From an uncultured virus (IMG/VR IMGVR_UViG_2724679462_000001) (Duplodnaviria; Heunggongvirae; Uroviricota; Caudoviricetes), in the IMG/VR virus record IMGVR_UViG_2724679462_000001: a stretch of DNA of 64,000 bases. One strand, 5' to 3'. The position numbers and the translations under genes are program-made. Below are positions 20,519 to 30,144 of the stretch, in pieces; within the stretch, counting starts at the first letter, position 1, and each line of letters opens with the position of its first letter. The notes beneath the pieces were generated by a model. That model was given only the letters and a program-made list of their open reading frames with translations. It was not told where the DNA came from and searched no databases.

Positions 20519-20579
20519 GGGGGACTTGTCGCTTGACGACGCGTAGATATCGTCAATCGGCCAAGGTCCCCTTTCTTTG
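20519..20579 (+). terminator. Long hairpin after the secreted gene
   Basis: GGGGACTTG..TTGACGA/TCGTCAA..CAAGGTCCCC followed by TTTCTTT. Confidence 0.6.
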
Positions 20580-21380
20580 TCTCCCGCGAGCCGAGGGCCG
20601 TCCGGGGGCCACCAGTAATACAACGTAACGCGCCCGATTCCCTACGACGGGGCGGCGGTAGTTTGACATTATTGGCATAATGTCCACCTTCGCGGCATAA
20701 ACCCCCGTCCGCTTGCGTGAGGGGACGTGTTCCGGCACCGGATGGCCCAGGACGACCGGGCCCGCGCTCGATTGCCGAATCGCTTCCTTCGCCTCGGCTT
20801 CACGGCGGTAACGCTCGCGATAGACCTTGTTGCTTTCGCGAATGTCGACGACGGTGTCGTAGCTACCCATCGCGAACTTCGCCTTCGGGCGGGTCTCGAC
20901 CGTCAATACGTGACCGGTCAACGCGGCAAGCCTAAGCGCCCCTCCGACCAAGACTTCGATAAGGGCGACTGCCTGCTGGTCGTTGAGGTTTGCCGTCTTC
21001 AACGCATCGGAAATCTTCATGCACGAGGCCGAGAGATGCTCGATCGCAACCTCCATGTCCGACGCCGATGGCTCTTCATTTGGCGTGTCCTGTAGGTCCG
21101 ACTCATCGAGAGTGGGCAGACCCTTCCACTTAAAGGTCCGTCCTTCAGGCGCGGTGTCTGGCTGTTTCGCTTGCGCGACGGAGGGCAGGGCGGTGACAGT
21201 CGGGCTGGTCATCGGTCCATCGAATGCCGCATCCAACTCGCTCGCCGCGTAATACTGGTCGCTCTTCAACGGCTTGAAACCGAAGCGCTGTACGCGTTCG
21301 TAGTGCATCCCGACGATGTCGCGCACGCGTCGACCGAGGAAGGCCCACTACTGCTCGAGGGTCATGGGTACGTTGCTCAT
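20553..21380 (-). pseudogene. Hypothetical phage gene with in-frame TAG at codon 11 (or shorter CDS from GTG 21326)
   Basis: ATG 21380 reads MSNVPMTLEQ*WAFLGRRVRDIVG, in frame with the 257-aa ORF. Confidence 0.5.
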
Positions 21381-21690
21381 TTTGTTGTCGTCTTGTTTGA
21401 TGAATTGTTTTCGCTTACGCGATCAGCAAAGCAGGGTGCTGCATCGACGGGCTGTACTCAATTGCGTCGGACTTGAGTGGGTGCTTGCGGGCGGTATGAA
21501 CAAACCGGTCGACTGGATTAATCTGCTCGACGATGTCTTCGCCGCGCGGAGCACTCGTCTCTGGCCCACGCGCAAACACTCGTGACATCCAAAATGAGCA
21601 GAAGAATCGCTACGCCAACCAACCCATCCGCAAAAGTCTTCATTAGTCGTGCCAATTGCTACCTCCGAAGCCAAAAAAAAAACCACCTGC

Positions 21691-22221
21691 TTAAACCTTC
21701 TTGAGCAGGTGGGTGAAAACCCCAGGATGGGTTTGCTGCCCCTCCTTCAGTTCCTCGCGAACTTCCATGATCGCGCGACCGCAGAGGTTCTCGCCGCGCC
21801 AGTTGGCGGGGTCGCCAATGGCGGGGTCGTCCTTGTGCAGTCCGACGCCGTAGATCCGATCGTAGGGGTTGCCTTCGACGAGGATGTTCGGGTCGGTGTC
21901 GAGCAGGAAGCGGCCGAGACCCGGGTTCTGTTTGTACTTCTCGCGGTTGCCAACGAGGATGATCCGGTACTTGTATTTGTCCCACACTGCCGGATCGAAC
22001 CCCTTCACCTGCCGCCCAAGCTTCTTACAGGCCATCGGCGTGTCTGTCTTCAGGATCCGGTCTCGGGTCTCGATGTCCTTGAACATGTTCGCCTTCGCGT
22101 ACATCATGAACTTTTCGACGTGGTTGAACGTCAAGCTCATGTACGTGAATTCGCACCGATGCCAGTGGCTCAGGATGTCGCTATCGTGGAAGAATGCGAG
22201 GTATTGCCCATGCTGCTTCAT
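21691..22221 (-). CDS. NADAR (YbiA/DUF1768) family protein
   Basis: LSHWH, VEKFMMYAKA, KKLGRQVKGFD, KYKQN, LVEGNPYDRIYGVG, WRGENLCG. Confidence 0.9.
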   Translation of the reverse strand: MKQHGQYLAFFHDSDILSHWHRCEFTYMSLTFNHVEKFMMYAKANMFKDIETRDRILKTDTPMACKKLGRQVKGFDPAVWDKYKYRIILVGNREKYKQNPGLGRFLLDTDPNILVEGNPYDRIYGVGLHKDDPAIGDPANWRGENLCGRAIMEVREELKEGQQTHPGVFTHLLKKV

Positions 22222-22230
22222 TGCGGCTCC

Positions 22231-23265
22231 TCATGCGGCTTCGCTGACTTCCGCGGCGCCGATCAGACCCACGACCTTCTCAAGTTCCGCGAACACGAAC
22301 TTGAACATGCCCTGACGGGAGAGCTCGTTAAGCGACGCAATCGAGGTCGACTGAAGTGTTCCTCCTACCGAGCGGACGAAAGCCGCACTGCGTGACGGAT
22401 ATTGACCGCGGGTGTTGGTGAACATCCACGAGTACCCTGCGCCCAGCGGGATTGTGATACGCGACCATTCATCGCTACGGAAGTAGACACCGTGTTGCGA
22501 CGGCTTGATGTGCTCCTCGTTGTCGAAGATGGCCCGGACCATGTCATGCATCGTCTCCTCGTACACCGCGAGGTTCACCGGCTCAAGCGAGAGACCCAGC
22601 GGATCCAGCAGCTTCGCTAGCTCTTCTTTCAGCTTCTCAACGAGGCCCGGGAAGGTAAAGCTGAAGTCCGACGGATACAGCGCGTCTTCGCCGGGGTGGT
22701 AGAGCATCAACTTCTCGTCCTGTTCGCCGTTCGGCAGGATGAAGAGGACGTCGGGTCCATGCTCGGACACACGTGCACGCAGGAGCATCAGATGCAGCGG
22801 CACGAGACCGCGGCGATCGACGTAGAATCCGGACTCGGTCTCGGTCAGATGCGCCTCGACAGGCATGTCCGCGAACTCCTGGCCTTCGAGTGCGGCACCG
22901 CTCATCAGCGGAAAGGTGAACTTGACGAATGCTGCCAGCTCGTCGAGCATCGCCTCGTCTGTCGTCGGGTGGAAGTTGAAGTACTTCTCGATCTTCCTTT
23001 CGAGTTTGTTGAAGTCGGGGTGGACGTCGAACGGTGAATCGACGATCTCGAAGAAGCGTTGTGCATTCACGTGGTCACGCAGTTTCCGCGCGATGGGACC
23101 GCGACCGGAAAATACGGCCATGGGGGTGTCGCTGCCCATGTGTCGCAGCGTGTCCAGCTGACCCTTCAGACGCTTCGAGAGGGCGCCGAACAATCCTTTC
23201 TTTTCCGGGTGCAGCATGTCCAGGTGTTGCGCGATGACCGACTGTCGCGGCGACCGACTCGGCAC
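22231..23265 (-). CDS. Hypothetical phage protein; true start may be 23311 across a frameshift
   Basis: 344-aa ORF with phage-like codon usage; RBS-bearing ATG at 23311 is out of frame. Confidence 0.65.
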   Translation of the reverse strand: MPSRSPRQSVIAQHLDMLHPEKKGLFGALSKRLKGQLDTLRHMGSDTPMAVFSGRGPIARKLRDHVNAQRFFEIVDSPFDVHPDFNKLERKIEKYFNFHPTTDEAMLDELAAFVKFTFPLMSGAALEGQEFADMPVEAHLTETESGFYVDRRGLVPLHLMLLRARVSEHGPDVLFILPNGEQDEKLMLYHPGEDALYPSDFSFTFPGLVEKLKEELAKLLDPLGLSLEPVNLAVYEETMHDMVRAIFDNEEHIKPSQHGVYFRSDEWSRITIPLGAGYSWMFTNTRGQYPSRSAAFVRSVGGTLQSTSIASLNELSRQGMFKFVFAELEKVVGLIGAAEVSEAA

Positions 23266-23395
23266 CCATGCCGGCCGACGGTTCTCTCAACGCTCGGAGA
23301 ATCTCTTTCATGTCTTATCCTTATCGCCTACTGCGTGTATGTTTCGTTCATTCCATTGATTCGCAGCGAAAAAATAATCGCCACGCCCCCATTGG

Positions 23396-23929
23396 TCACC
23401 ACAGGTCTTCCGAGAACAGCTTGTGAGCAGGCGGCGTCTTGCGCTTGATCTGTTTTGCGAGTTGCGCGATCGCCAGGCCTTCGAGTCGAGAGACGTAGCG
23501 TCCTTGATTCGTGATGAACCCCTGATCTCGCGTGGTCCCCAAACCAGCGCGCTTGAGTGAGCTCATGTAGCGGATAACGTGATGGTGTCGGCCCGGCTCG
23601 ATCACGACGTGTATCAAACCGTCCGGATGCCGGATGGCGCTCCCGATTACACGTTCCGTTCGCTGCTGCTTTGAGTGGAAGTGAAACCGGTAATTGCGTT
23701 CCGTGCCCGTCATGAATAGCAGTTCCTTCTGGTCCCTCAGCCGATGGGTTTTAAGCCAGGGATGGAACATCGCTTTCAGGCTTCGCTTGGCGGGCACTGT
23801 TTCACCGTCTTCATCCACCATTCGGCGGTGCGGCCAATAGAGGTATGCGAGGGTCCAGACAACGGTGGCTACCAGAGTGGCGAGCAGGATGCCCCCTATC
23901 CACTCCAGGGAGTATTGAAATTCAGTCAT
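23396..23929 (-). CDS. Membrane-anchored phage protein
   Basis: N-terminal hydrophobic helix; C-terminal GFITNQGRYVSR...LFSEDLW. Confidence 0.7.
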   Translation of the reverse strand: MTEFQYSLEWIGGILLATLVATVVWTLAYLYWPHRRMVDEDGETVPAKRSLKAMFHPWLKTHRLRDQKELLFMTGTERNYRFHFHSKQQRTERVIGSAIRHPDGLIHVVIEPGRHHHVIRYMSSLKRAGLGTTRDQGFITNQGRYVSRLEGLAIAQLAKQIKRKTPPAHKLFSEDLW

Positions 23930-23937
23930 AGCGGTAC

Positions 23938-24492
23938 TCAGTTCGTTACTGCCTCAATAGGGCGCTTGGCCTGTCGGGCGTAGTGCAGGCCACGGAAAGC
24001 GGGACGGGGCTCGATGGGGGCTTCGATTTCGTTGACGTTCACCCAGCTCCTGCCCAGGAGGGCAGAGGACCACATCGCGATGGTCCCGAAGCCGTAGCGA
24101 TCCTGGAGATCCTTGACGAGCAATTCGGGTTGTTCTTTCAGAAGCTTGCGTGCTTCGACGACCATCGCTTGAGTGAGTCGCGTGTGTCGCCTGTGCTGGT
24201 TCGAGGTGATTCGAGTTTGAATCTCACAGTTTCGTGGAGTGAAGCCCTTTGTCACGTCCTTGCGACCGACCACAAAGTTCTCCGCGTCCGTTGCCTTTTT
24301 CAGTTTGGTCTCAAGCCAAACCAAGAAGTTGTAGAAGCCGTTCGGATTATCCTGGTGCCAGCTGTTGCAGATTCGAATACCGCGGCCTCCGTAGGTCGCG
24401 AAGTCCTTGTTATTCGGATTGATGCAACGGTTATTCATCTGCTTCCAGCGCGGATAGTACGGATGCTTGCGCGGCGATTCTCGTGTGGTCAT
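23938..24492 (-). CDS. HNH-like phage DNA-binding/endonuclease protein
   Basis: WKQMNNRC...YGGRGIRIC..W and RKDVTKGFTPRNC pattern. Confidence 0.65.
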   Translation of the reverse strand: MTTRESPRKHPYYPRWKQMNNRCINPNNKDFATYGGRGIRICNSWHQDNPNGFYNFLVWLETKLKKATDAENFVVGRKDVTKGFTPRNCEIQTRITSNQHRRHTRLTQAMVVEARKLLKEQPELLVKDLQDRYGFGTIAMWSSALLGRSWVNVNEIEAPIEPRPAFRGLHYARQAKRPIEAVTN

Positions 24493-24520
24493 TTATGTTT
24501 CTCTGAAATTCGACCGGCAA

Positions 24521-24570
24521 ATAAAAACCCCTACCACCGCGTGACTTGCCAGTGGTAGGGGCTTTATGTC
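24521..24570. terminator. Intergenic hairpin
   Basis: ATAAAAACCCCTACCAC...GTGGTAGGGGCTTTATG. Confidence 0.7.
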
Positions 24571-24579
24571 GGCACTGTG

Positions 24580-24978
24580 TTACGCGTGCGATGCTTCCTT
24601 CTGCTCCCGTTCCTCGTGCTGCATCTGGGCACCGATGACTGCGGTCACCAGCGAGAGGTTCGTTCGGGCATTCGCCACACGCGACGCGTGGCGTTGACGC
24701 AGGTACATCTCGAAGTCCAGCTCGTTGTAGATGCCCGACGCTTCCGCGGACTCGACTCCATGCAGCTGGATGCCGTGCCCGGAGAAACCGTCGCTAACGA
24801 TGTAGAACTCACCGTCCGGCGTCGCGGGCAACGCGAGTGCGTACGACACACCGTTCGCATTGGACCAACTGACGTCCGCCACGACTGCCGAAATGAACGT
24901 CGTCTCGCCATCTTCATCGACCCGCAGTCGCACCTTCGCACCCATCTTCAAACGCGTCTGCGTAATCGCGCGTCCCAT
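24580..24978 (-). CDS. Hypothetical phage protein
   Basis: 132-aa ORF in co-oriented cluster. Confidence 0.6.
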   Translation of the reverse strand: MGRAITQTRLKMGAKVRLRVDEDGETTFISAVVADVSWSNANGVSYALALPATPDGEFYIVSDGFSGHGIQLHGVESAEASGIYNELDFEMYLRQRHASRVANARTNLSLVTAVIGAQMQHEEREQKEASHA

Positions 24979-25684
24979 GGAGATAGCGGCCTCCGTGGCA
25001 GGTTGTCATTCCCTCCGGAAACATCGAGCGGCAGTTCCATGCATCGAGCACAAGTCGACCCGTCGCATCAGGTTCGACCAGCATGAAATCCACCGTCGTA
25101 TGCGCGCCTACGCCTACGCGTCCGATCTCCCGGCCCCAAGTTTCGAAAAGTTTGCCGATTGCGCGACCGGCGCGCTCGTCGAACGTCATGCGCAAAGAGG
25201 ATGCAATCGGCTCGTACACCGCTTTCGAATCCAAGTTAATCGTGAACCCGCGTGCCGCACCTTCAATGACGTGCGGGAACAGTTCCAGCGTCGACTTGAT
25301 CGATTCGTTCAACTCCGACGACAGGCTACCCGCCAGTCGCGTAACGATAAGAATCAAGTTCTTTGCTCGGTACCCTTCGTTCAGGACGCACTCTCGTTCG
25401 GCTGCTTCGGATCCGACACGCTCGCCGGGCTCGGCAGCTTTGACAACGTCGCCGTCCCTGTACTGCTCCTGTACTTCTGCGAGCGTGCCAGCATCGCTCA
25501 TGTAAGTGCCGTCTCCCATATCCAGCAACGGACGGCGCTGTGCTCCGTCTCCAGCTGCTTGCTCCATGGGTTTCGGCTCGCCGGACAGCACTTCTTTCAG
25601 TTCATCCGCCGGCGCGAATGCCTGGGACTTGTTATTGCGGCGACGCAGTTCCACGTTGGGGGTATTGCCCTTGCTCTTGCTCAT
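24914..25684 (-). CDS. Hypothetical phage protein
   Basis: Start MSKSKG with AAGGAGAAGG upstream. Confidence 0.65.
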   Translation of the reverse strand: MSKSKGNTPNVELRRRNNKSQAFAPADELKEVLSGEPKPMEQAAGDGAQRRPLLDMGDGTYMSDAGTLAEVQEQYRDGDVVKAAEPGERVGSEAAERECVLNEGYRAKNLILIVTRLAGSLSSELNESIKSTLELFPHVIEGAARGFTINLDSKAVYEPIASSLRMTFDERAGRAIGKLFETWGREIGRVGVGAHTTVDFMLVEPDATGRLVLDAWNCRSMFPEGMTTCHGGRYLHGTRDYADAFEDGCEGATAGR

Positions 25685-25755
25685 TGCTTGCCTTCTCCTT
25701 CGATGTGTTCGGGCTCTACTCAATTGTTCTGATCAAATAAAACTTACTGGCGCCC

Positions 25756-26076
25756 TTATTGGTGCTTCGGGAACTGATAAATGCGTGCACTGCCAGTGGC
25801 TTTGATCTGGGAGACGCGTGCGTGAGACATCGCCCACTTCTTCGCCTGCATGGTGGCCGTAACCTCCGGATGACGGATGATGTCCAGGTCACGCAGAGAG
25901 TTCGGCTTCTGCGACAGCCTGCGCATCCGAGATACGTCCTGACCATCGAAGGTCTCCCCGCTATTCACTGCGGCTTCGATGGCGAGGTATTCCTGCTCGA
26001 TGACCGCGAGGCGCTCGGAAATGCTAAGGTCGGTATGCATGCGGAATGCTGGTTTCATGAGGTGTTTTGACGGCAT
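25756..26076 (-). CDS. Hypothetical phage protein
   Basis: ORF downstream of hairpin at ~26071-26120; start uncertain. Confidence 0.5.
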   Translation of the reverse strand: MPSKHLMKPAFRMHTDLSISERLAVIEQEYLAIEAAVNSGETFDGQDVSRMRRLSQKPNSLRDLDIIRHPEVTATMQAKKWAMSHARVSQIKATGSARIYQFPKHQ

Positions 26077-26128
26077 AAAAAACGCTCCCGACCTCAGGGG
26101 AGGAGGGAAGCCTTTTGGGGTGAATGGA

Positions 26129-26584
26129 TTAGTCAACGGACCAGCTCAGGTGCCGCGTCGTGACGACACTCGGCAGATCGATCGGGGTTAGGGGATTCAT
26201 GACAGTCAACATCATTCGTTCCCAGGGATCGGTGGTCCCTTTGAGTCTTTCGAGGGTCTTCTCTTGCCTTTCGAGGGCGTACCGCCTTGCGTTGTAGCGG
26301 TCCACTGCTTCCTTCCGGACCTTGACTGCGGGCTTCGGTACGTCAGCTTCACGACCCGCTCGGAAAACAGGAGTCATTTGGCCACTGCGACCGAGGTGTC
26401 GGATCCAACGGGAAACATAGAGGACGCGCTTGTGGCCCTTCAAATGGCGCGCAACATTCATCGCGCTCTTGACGGTGTGCTCGTTCATCTCGAGGAAAGC
26501 GGCAACCTGTACCGCTGTCAGGCCACGGCCCTGGCGTCTGAGAAGTCCCACGATACGATTGCGCGTAACGGGAACTGCAGGCAT
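26129..26584 (-). CDS. Basic putative HTH DNA-binding protein
   Basis: Start MPAVPV just after thyA stop; LTAVQVAAFLEMNEHTVKSAM. Confidence 0.55.
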   Translation of the reverse strand: MPAVPVTRNRIVGLLRRQGRGLTAVQVAAFLEMNEHTVKSAMNVARHLKGHKRVLYVSRWIRHLGRSGQMTPVFRAGREADVPKPAVKVRKEAVDRYNARRYALERQEKTLERLKGTTDPWERMMLTVMNPLTPIDLPSVVTTRHLSWSVD

Positions 26585-26586
26585 TG

Positions 26587-27645
26587 TCAGACCGCCATCT
26601 CCGCTTTGATCGCTGCGTGGTGCTCGTACCCCTGCAGCGAGAAGTGATACGGCTCGACCTTCTTGAGCCACTCCACAGCGCGCTCTGCGGCCATGTCGCG
26701 AACGTTGATCAGCTCCGTAGACTTGGCCGATAAACGGCTCGTCGCCAGGACAAGATGTTCGTAGGTCGGCACGTCTTCGCTGATCGCCAAGCGCGGCAAA
26801 TGGTGCGGTTCCCGGGTGAGCTGTTCCTTCACCTGATCCAGCGAATTCTCATAAATGTGCATGTCGCCCACGAAGTACGTGAACCACTTAGCCTTGAATC
26901 CCGTCAGACGAGCAACTAGCTCGAGCAACAACGCCCCTTCGGCGATGTTGAACGGTGTCCCCAAAAATGCGTCATTGCTGCGCAGGTACAAACACATCGA
27001 CAGCTCACCGGTCGAGACGTTCGGCAGGAACTGATAGAGGAGATGGCAAGGCGGCAACGCCATCTCGTCCAGCTTTGCCGGGTTCCAGGCGTGGAACAGG
27101 ATGCGACGATCGGTCGGCGTCTTGATGATCTTGCGAATGCAATCGCCCAGCATGTCGATCGTCTTGGTGAGAACGATTTCGTCGCAGTGTTCCCGACCGT
27201 ACGACATGGCACCTACTGCTTCCCAACCGCTACGAAGACAGTGATTGACGATGTCGTCTTCGCTCGTGTCCAGCACCTTATAAGCCGGCCACTCGCGCCA
27301 CATCGCGCCGTAAACTTCTCCGAGATCGTCTTCGCCCTTCCGGAAGGGATTGCTCAACCAGGCGTTCGGTGAGCCTTCTTTGCCCGGATGATTCGCGTTG
27401 TCGTCCCACACTTTGCAGCCCAGTTCACGGAAGTCGGCGGCACTACGCGCGGCGCGCATGAAGCCGATCAGCTCACCCACGATCGACTTGAACGCAAGCT
27501 TCTTCGTGGTGACTGCCGGGAAGCCCTTCGCTAGATTGAAGCGCATCGAGACGCCCGGGACCGAAATAGAACGGATTCCCGTGCGATTGTCTTGCCAGCT
27601 ACCCTCTTCGAGGATCATCCGGCATGTGTCCAGATATTGTTTCAT
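26587..27645 (-). CDS. thyA: Thymidylate synthase
   Basis: DNRTG, FPAVTTKKL, MALPPCH (catalytic Cys), YLRSND.FLG.PFNI, GDMHIYEN, terminal AEMAV. Confidence 0.97.
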   Translation of the reverse strand: MKQYLDTCRMILEEGSWQDNRTGIRSISVPGVSMRFNLAKGFPAVTTKKLAFKSIVGELIGFMRAARSAADFRELGCKVWDDNANHPGKEGSPNAWLSNPFRKGEDDLGEVYGAMWREWPAYKVLDTSEDDIVNHCLRSGWEAVGAMSYGREHCDEIVLTKTIDMLGDCIRKIIKTPTDRRILFHAWNPAKLDEMALPPCHLLYQFLPNVSTGELSMCLYLRSNDAFLGTPFNIAEGALLLELVARLTGFKAKWFTYFVGDMHIYENSLDQVKEQLTREPHHLPRLAISEDVPTYEHLVLATSRLSAKSTELINVRDMAAERAVEWLKKVEPYHFSLQGYEHHAAIKAEMAV

Positions 27646-27751
27646 GATCGATCTACTTGTTTAGAGCAGGTGTGCTTGTGAGACGGGTACGATTACCCGG
27701 TTCTGCCAGCCTGCTGCGAATCCTTGGTTTTCGTTCTGTTCCATGATTACC

Positions 27752-28443
27752 TCAGCCCTCTGCGACCATGCCGGTGACTTTGCCAACGTGTCGGACGAGC
27801 CACGGGAGGAAGGTGTTGCGGGAGAAGGTGCGAACCTGGTTGCGCACCTCTTCCGGTGTCTGCATCGCGTCAATGCGGTACATCCGGTGCAGTTCCGCGT
27901 TGTACCGTTCTTGATAGCCGTCAAAACACCGCTGTCTAAAGTCGACATCTTCCGCATTCAGGCGATTGAACTCCTTCTTGCGAGCTTGCAGACGCTCGAG
28001 CGCGGTGTCGAACGACACGTCGAAAAAGAGCGTGAAGTCCGGCTGGAAGTCCTGGTTCGCGATTCTTTCGATGGCGATGGTTTCTTCCAGAAAGCCGCGG
28101 CCCCATCCTTGGTACGCGTACGAAGAATCGTAGTGGCGGTCCGAGATCACAACCTTCCCTTCGCGCAATGCCGGCTTAATCACCGATTCGATCACCTGAT
28201 TGCGGCTCGCCGCATATAGCAGGATTTCCGCTATCGGCGTCATCGGCTCTTCGGTGTGCGGCATGCCCACCAACACATGGCGAATTTGCTCGGCGGTGAG
28301 CGAGCCACCCGGCTGGCGTGTGAGCACTACCTCAAAGCCCAGCGCCCGGATCTGTTCAGCGAGGTAATCCACGTTGCTTGTTTTTCCCGAGCGTCCGGCC
28401 CTTCGAGCGTGATCAATGCGCCCGGGAATTCTTCTTGATTCAT
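27752..28443 (-). pseudogene. tmk: Thymidylate kinase with 1-nt frameshift in the P-loop
   Basis: ATG 28443 gives MNQEEFPGALITLEGPD; SGKTS...TRQPGG...VISDRH.DSSYAYQG continues in another frame; one G missing near 28392. Confidence 0.85.
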
Positions 28444-28482
28444 GCTTGTCCTTTTTCTTACGTCCTGAGGCAGACGCGTTCT

Positions 28483-28923
28483 TCACACAGCGGCAGTGGC
28501 GCCCAACAACATCGCCACGCACTGCTCGACGACTGCGGCCGACACCTTGCGCTGGCGAAGCTCCTGAGGCGTTGCGGTGGTGGAGAAATGCTTGATGCAG
28601 ATCCGGACCTTCCGAACGCTCCCGAACAATTCGGCCAAGGGCTTGAGCGCCGGGAACTGATTGAACAGCTCCATCACGGCGTCGGCGTAACTACAGTCCG
28701 GCGTCATTTGGAGATACATCTGTCGCTCGAATCGCTGTCCGAAGTCGGTGACGTGCTCGCCATCACACTCCACGAATGGATAGAGATTCAACGAGTCCAC
28801 CGCCGTGATCTCGAAGGTCAACGGCTGTTCGAAGTCGATGTCAGGCAACGGTTGTCCGTTGGTCATGAACTTGTTGTTTTCGAAGGCTGTTCGGATGATG
28901 TCTGTGAGGCCAGGAACAATCAT
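28483..28923 (-). CDS. Hypothetical phage protein
   Basis: Likely start MIVPGLTD after upstream stop. Confidence 0.6.
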   Translation of the reverse strand: MIVPGLTDIIRTAFENNKFMTNGQPLPDIDFEQPLTFEITAVDSLNLYPFVECDGEHVTDFGQRFERQMYLQMTPDCSYADAVMELFNQFPALKPLAELFGSVRKVRICIKHFSTTATPQELRQRKVSAAVVEQCVAMLLGATAAV

Positions 28924-28933
28924 GGCTATGTTT

Positions 28934-29356
28934 TTAAATTTGGCTGTAGAAGCGATCGGCGTCGAAGCGCGAACTCGATTCATGGTCGAGCGCATCGAGC
29001 GCTGAGTCGTCTTCGTCTTCGTCGAACAGGGTGGTCTCCCCGACGCAGAACACGTCGATGTCCGAGATGACGAACTGTGGTTGGAGAAGGCTGCGGATGC
29101 CGCTGAGAACGCGTGGCGTGAGTCGAAGGCGACTCGGTAACTGCCAGACCAGCAGAACACACCGGCCCGCGCTATCCCGCTCAAAGTCCCAGACCAGTTG
29201 CACGCCTCGTGAGCGGCGCAGGAGCAGCCGAACACGGCGATTGAACTCCCTTCCATGAGGAAGTTCGGAAATTGGAATTACGTTCACGACAATTCTCGAG
29301 AATGTCTTATTGCGTTTTGCTGTCTCGATAGACAGCCCCCGGATGATGCATAGCAT
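28934..29356 (-). CDS. Hypothetical phage protein
   Basis: 140-aa ORF filling the gap in the cluster; acidic tail. Confidence 0.55.
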   Translation of the reverse strand: MLCIIRGLSIETAKRNKTFSRIVVNVIPISELPHGREFNRRVRLLLRRSRGVQLVWDFERDSAGRCVLLVWQLPSRLRLTPRVLSGIRSLLQPQFVISDIDVFCVGETTLFDEDEDDSALDALDHESSSRFDADRFYSQI

Positions 29357-29393
29357 TCGCTGCGCACCACCCGGAACGCATCTCGACGTCGCG

Positions 29394-29930
29394 TTACTGC
29401 TTTGCTGCGTCGCCCATCGCGGCGCTGAGTGCGACTTCTTGCGACTCGACTGCTTTCCGGCTGGCCATCACCGCGTCCCATTCACCGAGCGAGTCCGCAG
29501 CCGCTTTCAGATTCTCGGCAGCAAGCTTCATCCCGTCGTGGAGGGACTTTGCGATGATCTGCGACCAGTTCTCGTACTTCTCGATCTCTGGGAGCAGGCT
29601 CGGCATCGTCAGGACCGGCCCGTCGAAATGGACGTTCTCGCGTTTCATGACGGTCATGTGGCTAGGCACGATGACCAAGTTGACGATTGCCAGATGGTAC
29701 TTACCGACATCGTTCGACGTGTCGTAGATGAAGCCGAGCGGAGCGAGCGAGGCCTCGTCGACGAGAGTCCCGATGTGGACTTCCTCACCGGTCATCGAAT
29801 CGATGACTACGACCTCTTCCTGCAGTTCGCGCAGAATGTTGTTCTCGATCGTCTGCGCGAGATCTATACTCGGCGTCCAGTGCAAGGATGAACTCGGGAT
29901 ATTTGATTGCGGGAGTTGAGCGACAGACAT
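29394..29930 (-). CDS. Hypothetical phage protein
   Basis: 178 aa; AAGGA RBS. Confidence 0.65.
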   Translation of the reverse strand: MSVAQLPQSNIPSSSLHWTPSIDLAQTIENNILRELQEEVVVIDSMTGEEVHIGTLVDEASLAPLGFIYDTSNDVGKYHLAIVNLVIVPSHMTVMKRENVHFDGPVLTMPSLLPEIEKYENWSQIIAKSLHDGMKLAAENLKAAADSLGEWDAVMASRKAVESQEVALSAAMGDAAKQ

Positions 29931-29965
29931 TGCTTTCCTTTTGCTTATTGCTTGTGGTTGTTGTG

Positions 29966-30130
29966 TTACAGCTTGTCGAAGCCGCCGAGCGCCGATTGGT
30001 CAACCAGATCGCTGAGCTTCTTCTTTCTGTTTTTCAGGTGGTCGTAGACCGCCTTTGTCCCGATCGTGAGCAGACCCACCCCGATGGTGGCGCCTGCGAT
30101 CAAGAACCACGAATGGACGAGATGGGCCAT
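29966..30130 (-). CDS. 54-aa single-pass membrane protein (not in ORF track)
   Basis: MAHLVHSWFLIAGATIGVGLLTIGTKAVYDHLKNRKKKLSDLVDQSALGGFDKL; TAAGGA upstream; fills the gap exactly. Confidence 0.7.
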   Translation of the reverse strand: MAHLVHSWFLIAGATIGVGLLTIGTKAVYDHLKNRKKKLSDLVDQSALGGFDKL

Positions 30131-30144
30131 GGGTCGCGTCGTCC

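Noticed and set aside
21348..21350. Genome-wide TAG recoding
   Set aside because: TAG ends genes normally at 4795, 10792 and 36107, and the tRNA is not a suppressor
21423..21686. 87-aa minus-strand ORF
   Set aside because: No RBS, atypical composition; probably intergenic
26587..27645. Base-modifying hydroxymethylase instead of thyA
   Set aside because: Retains the dUMP-specifying Asn in PFNI and canonical ThyA motifs
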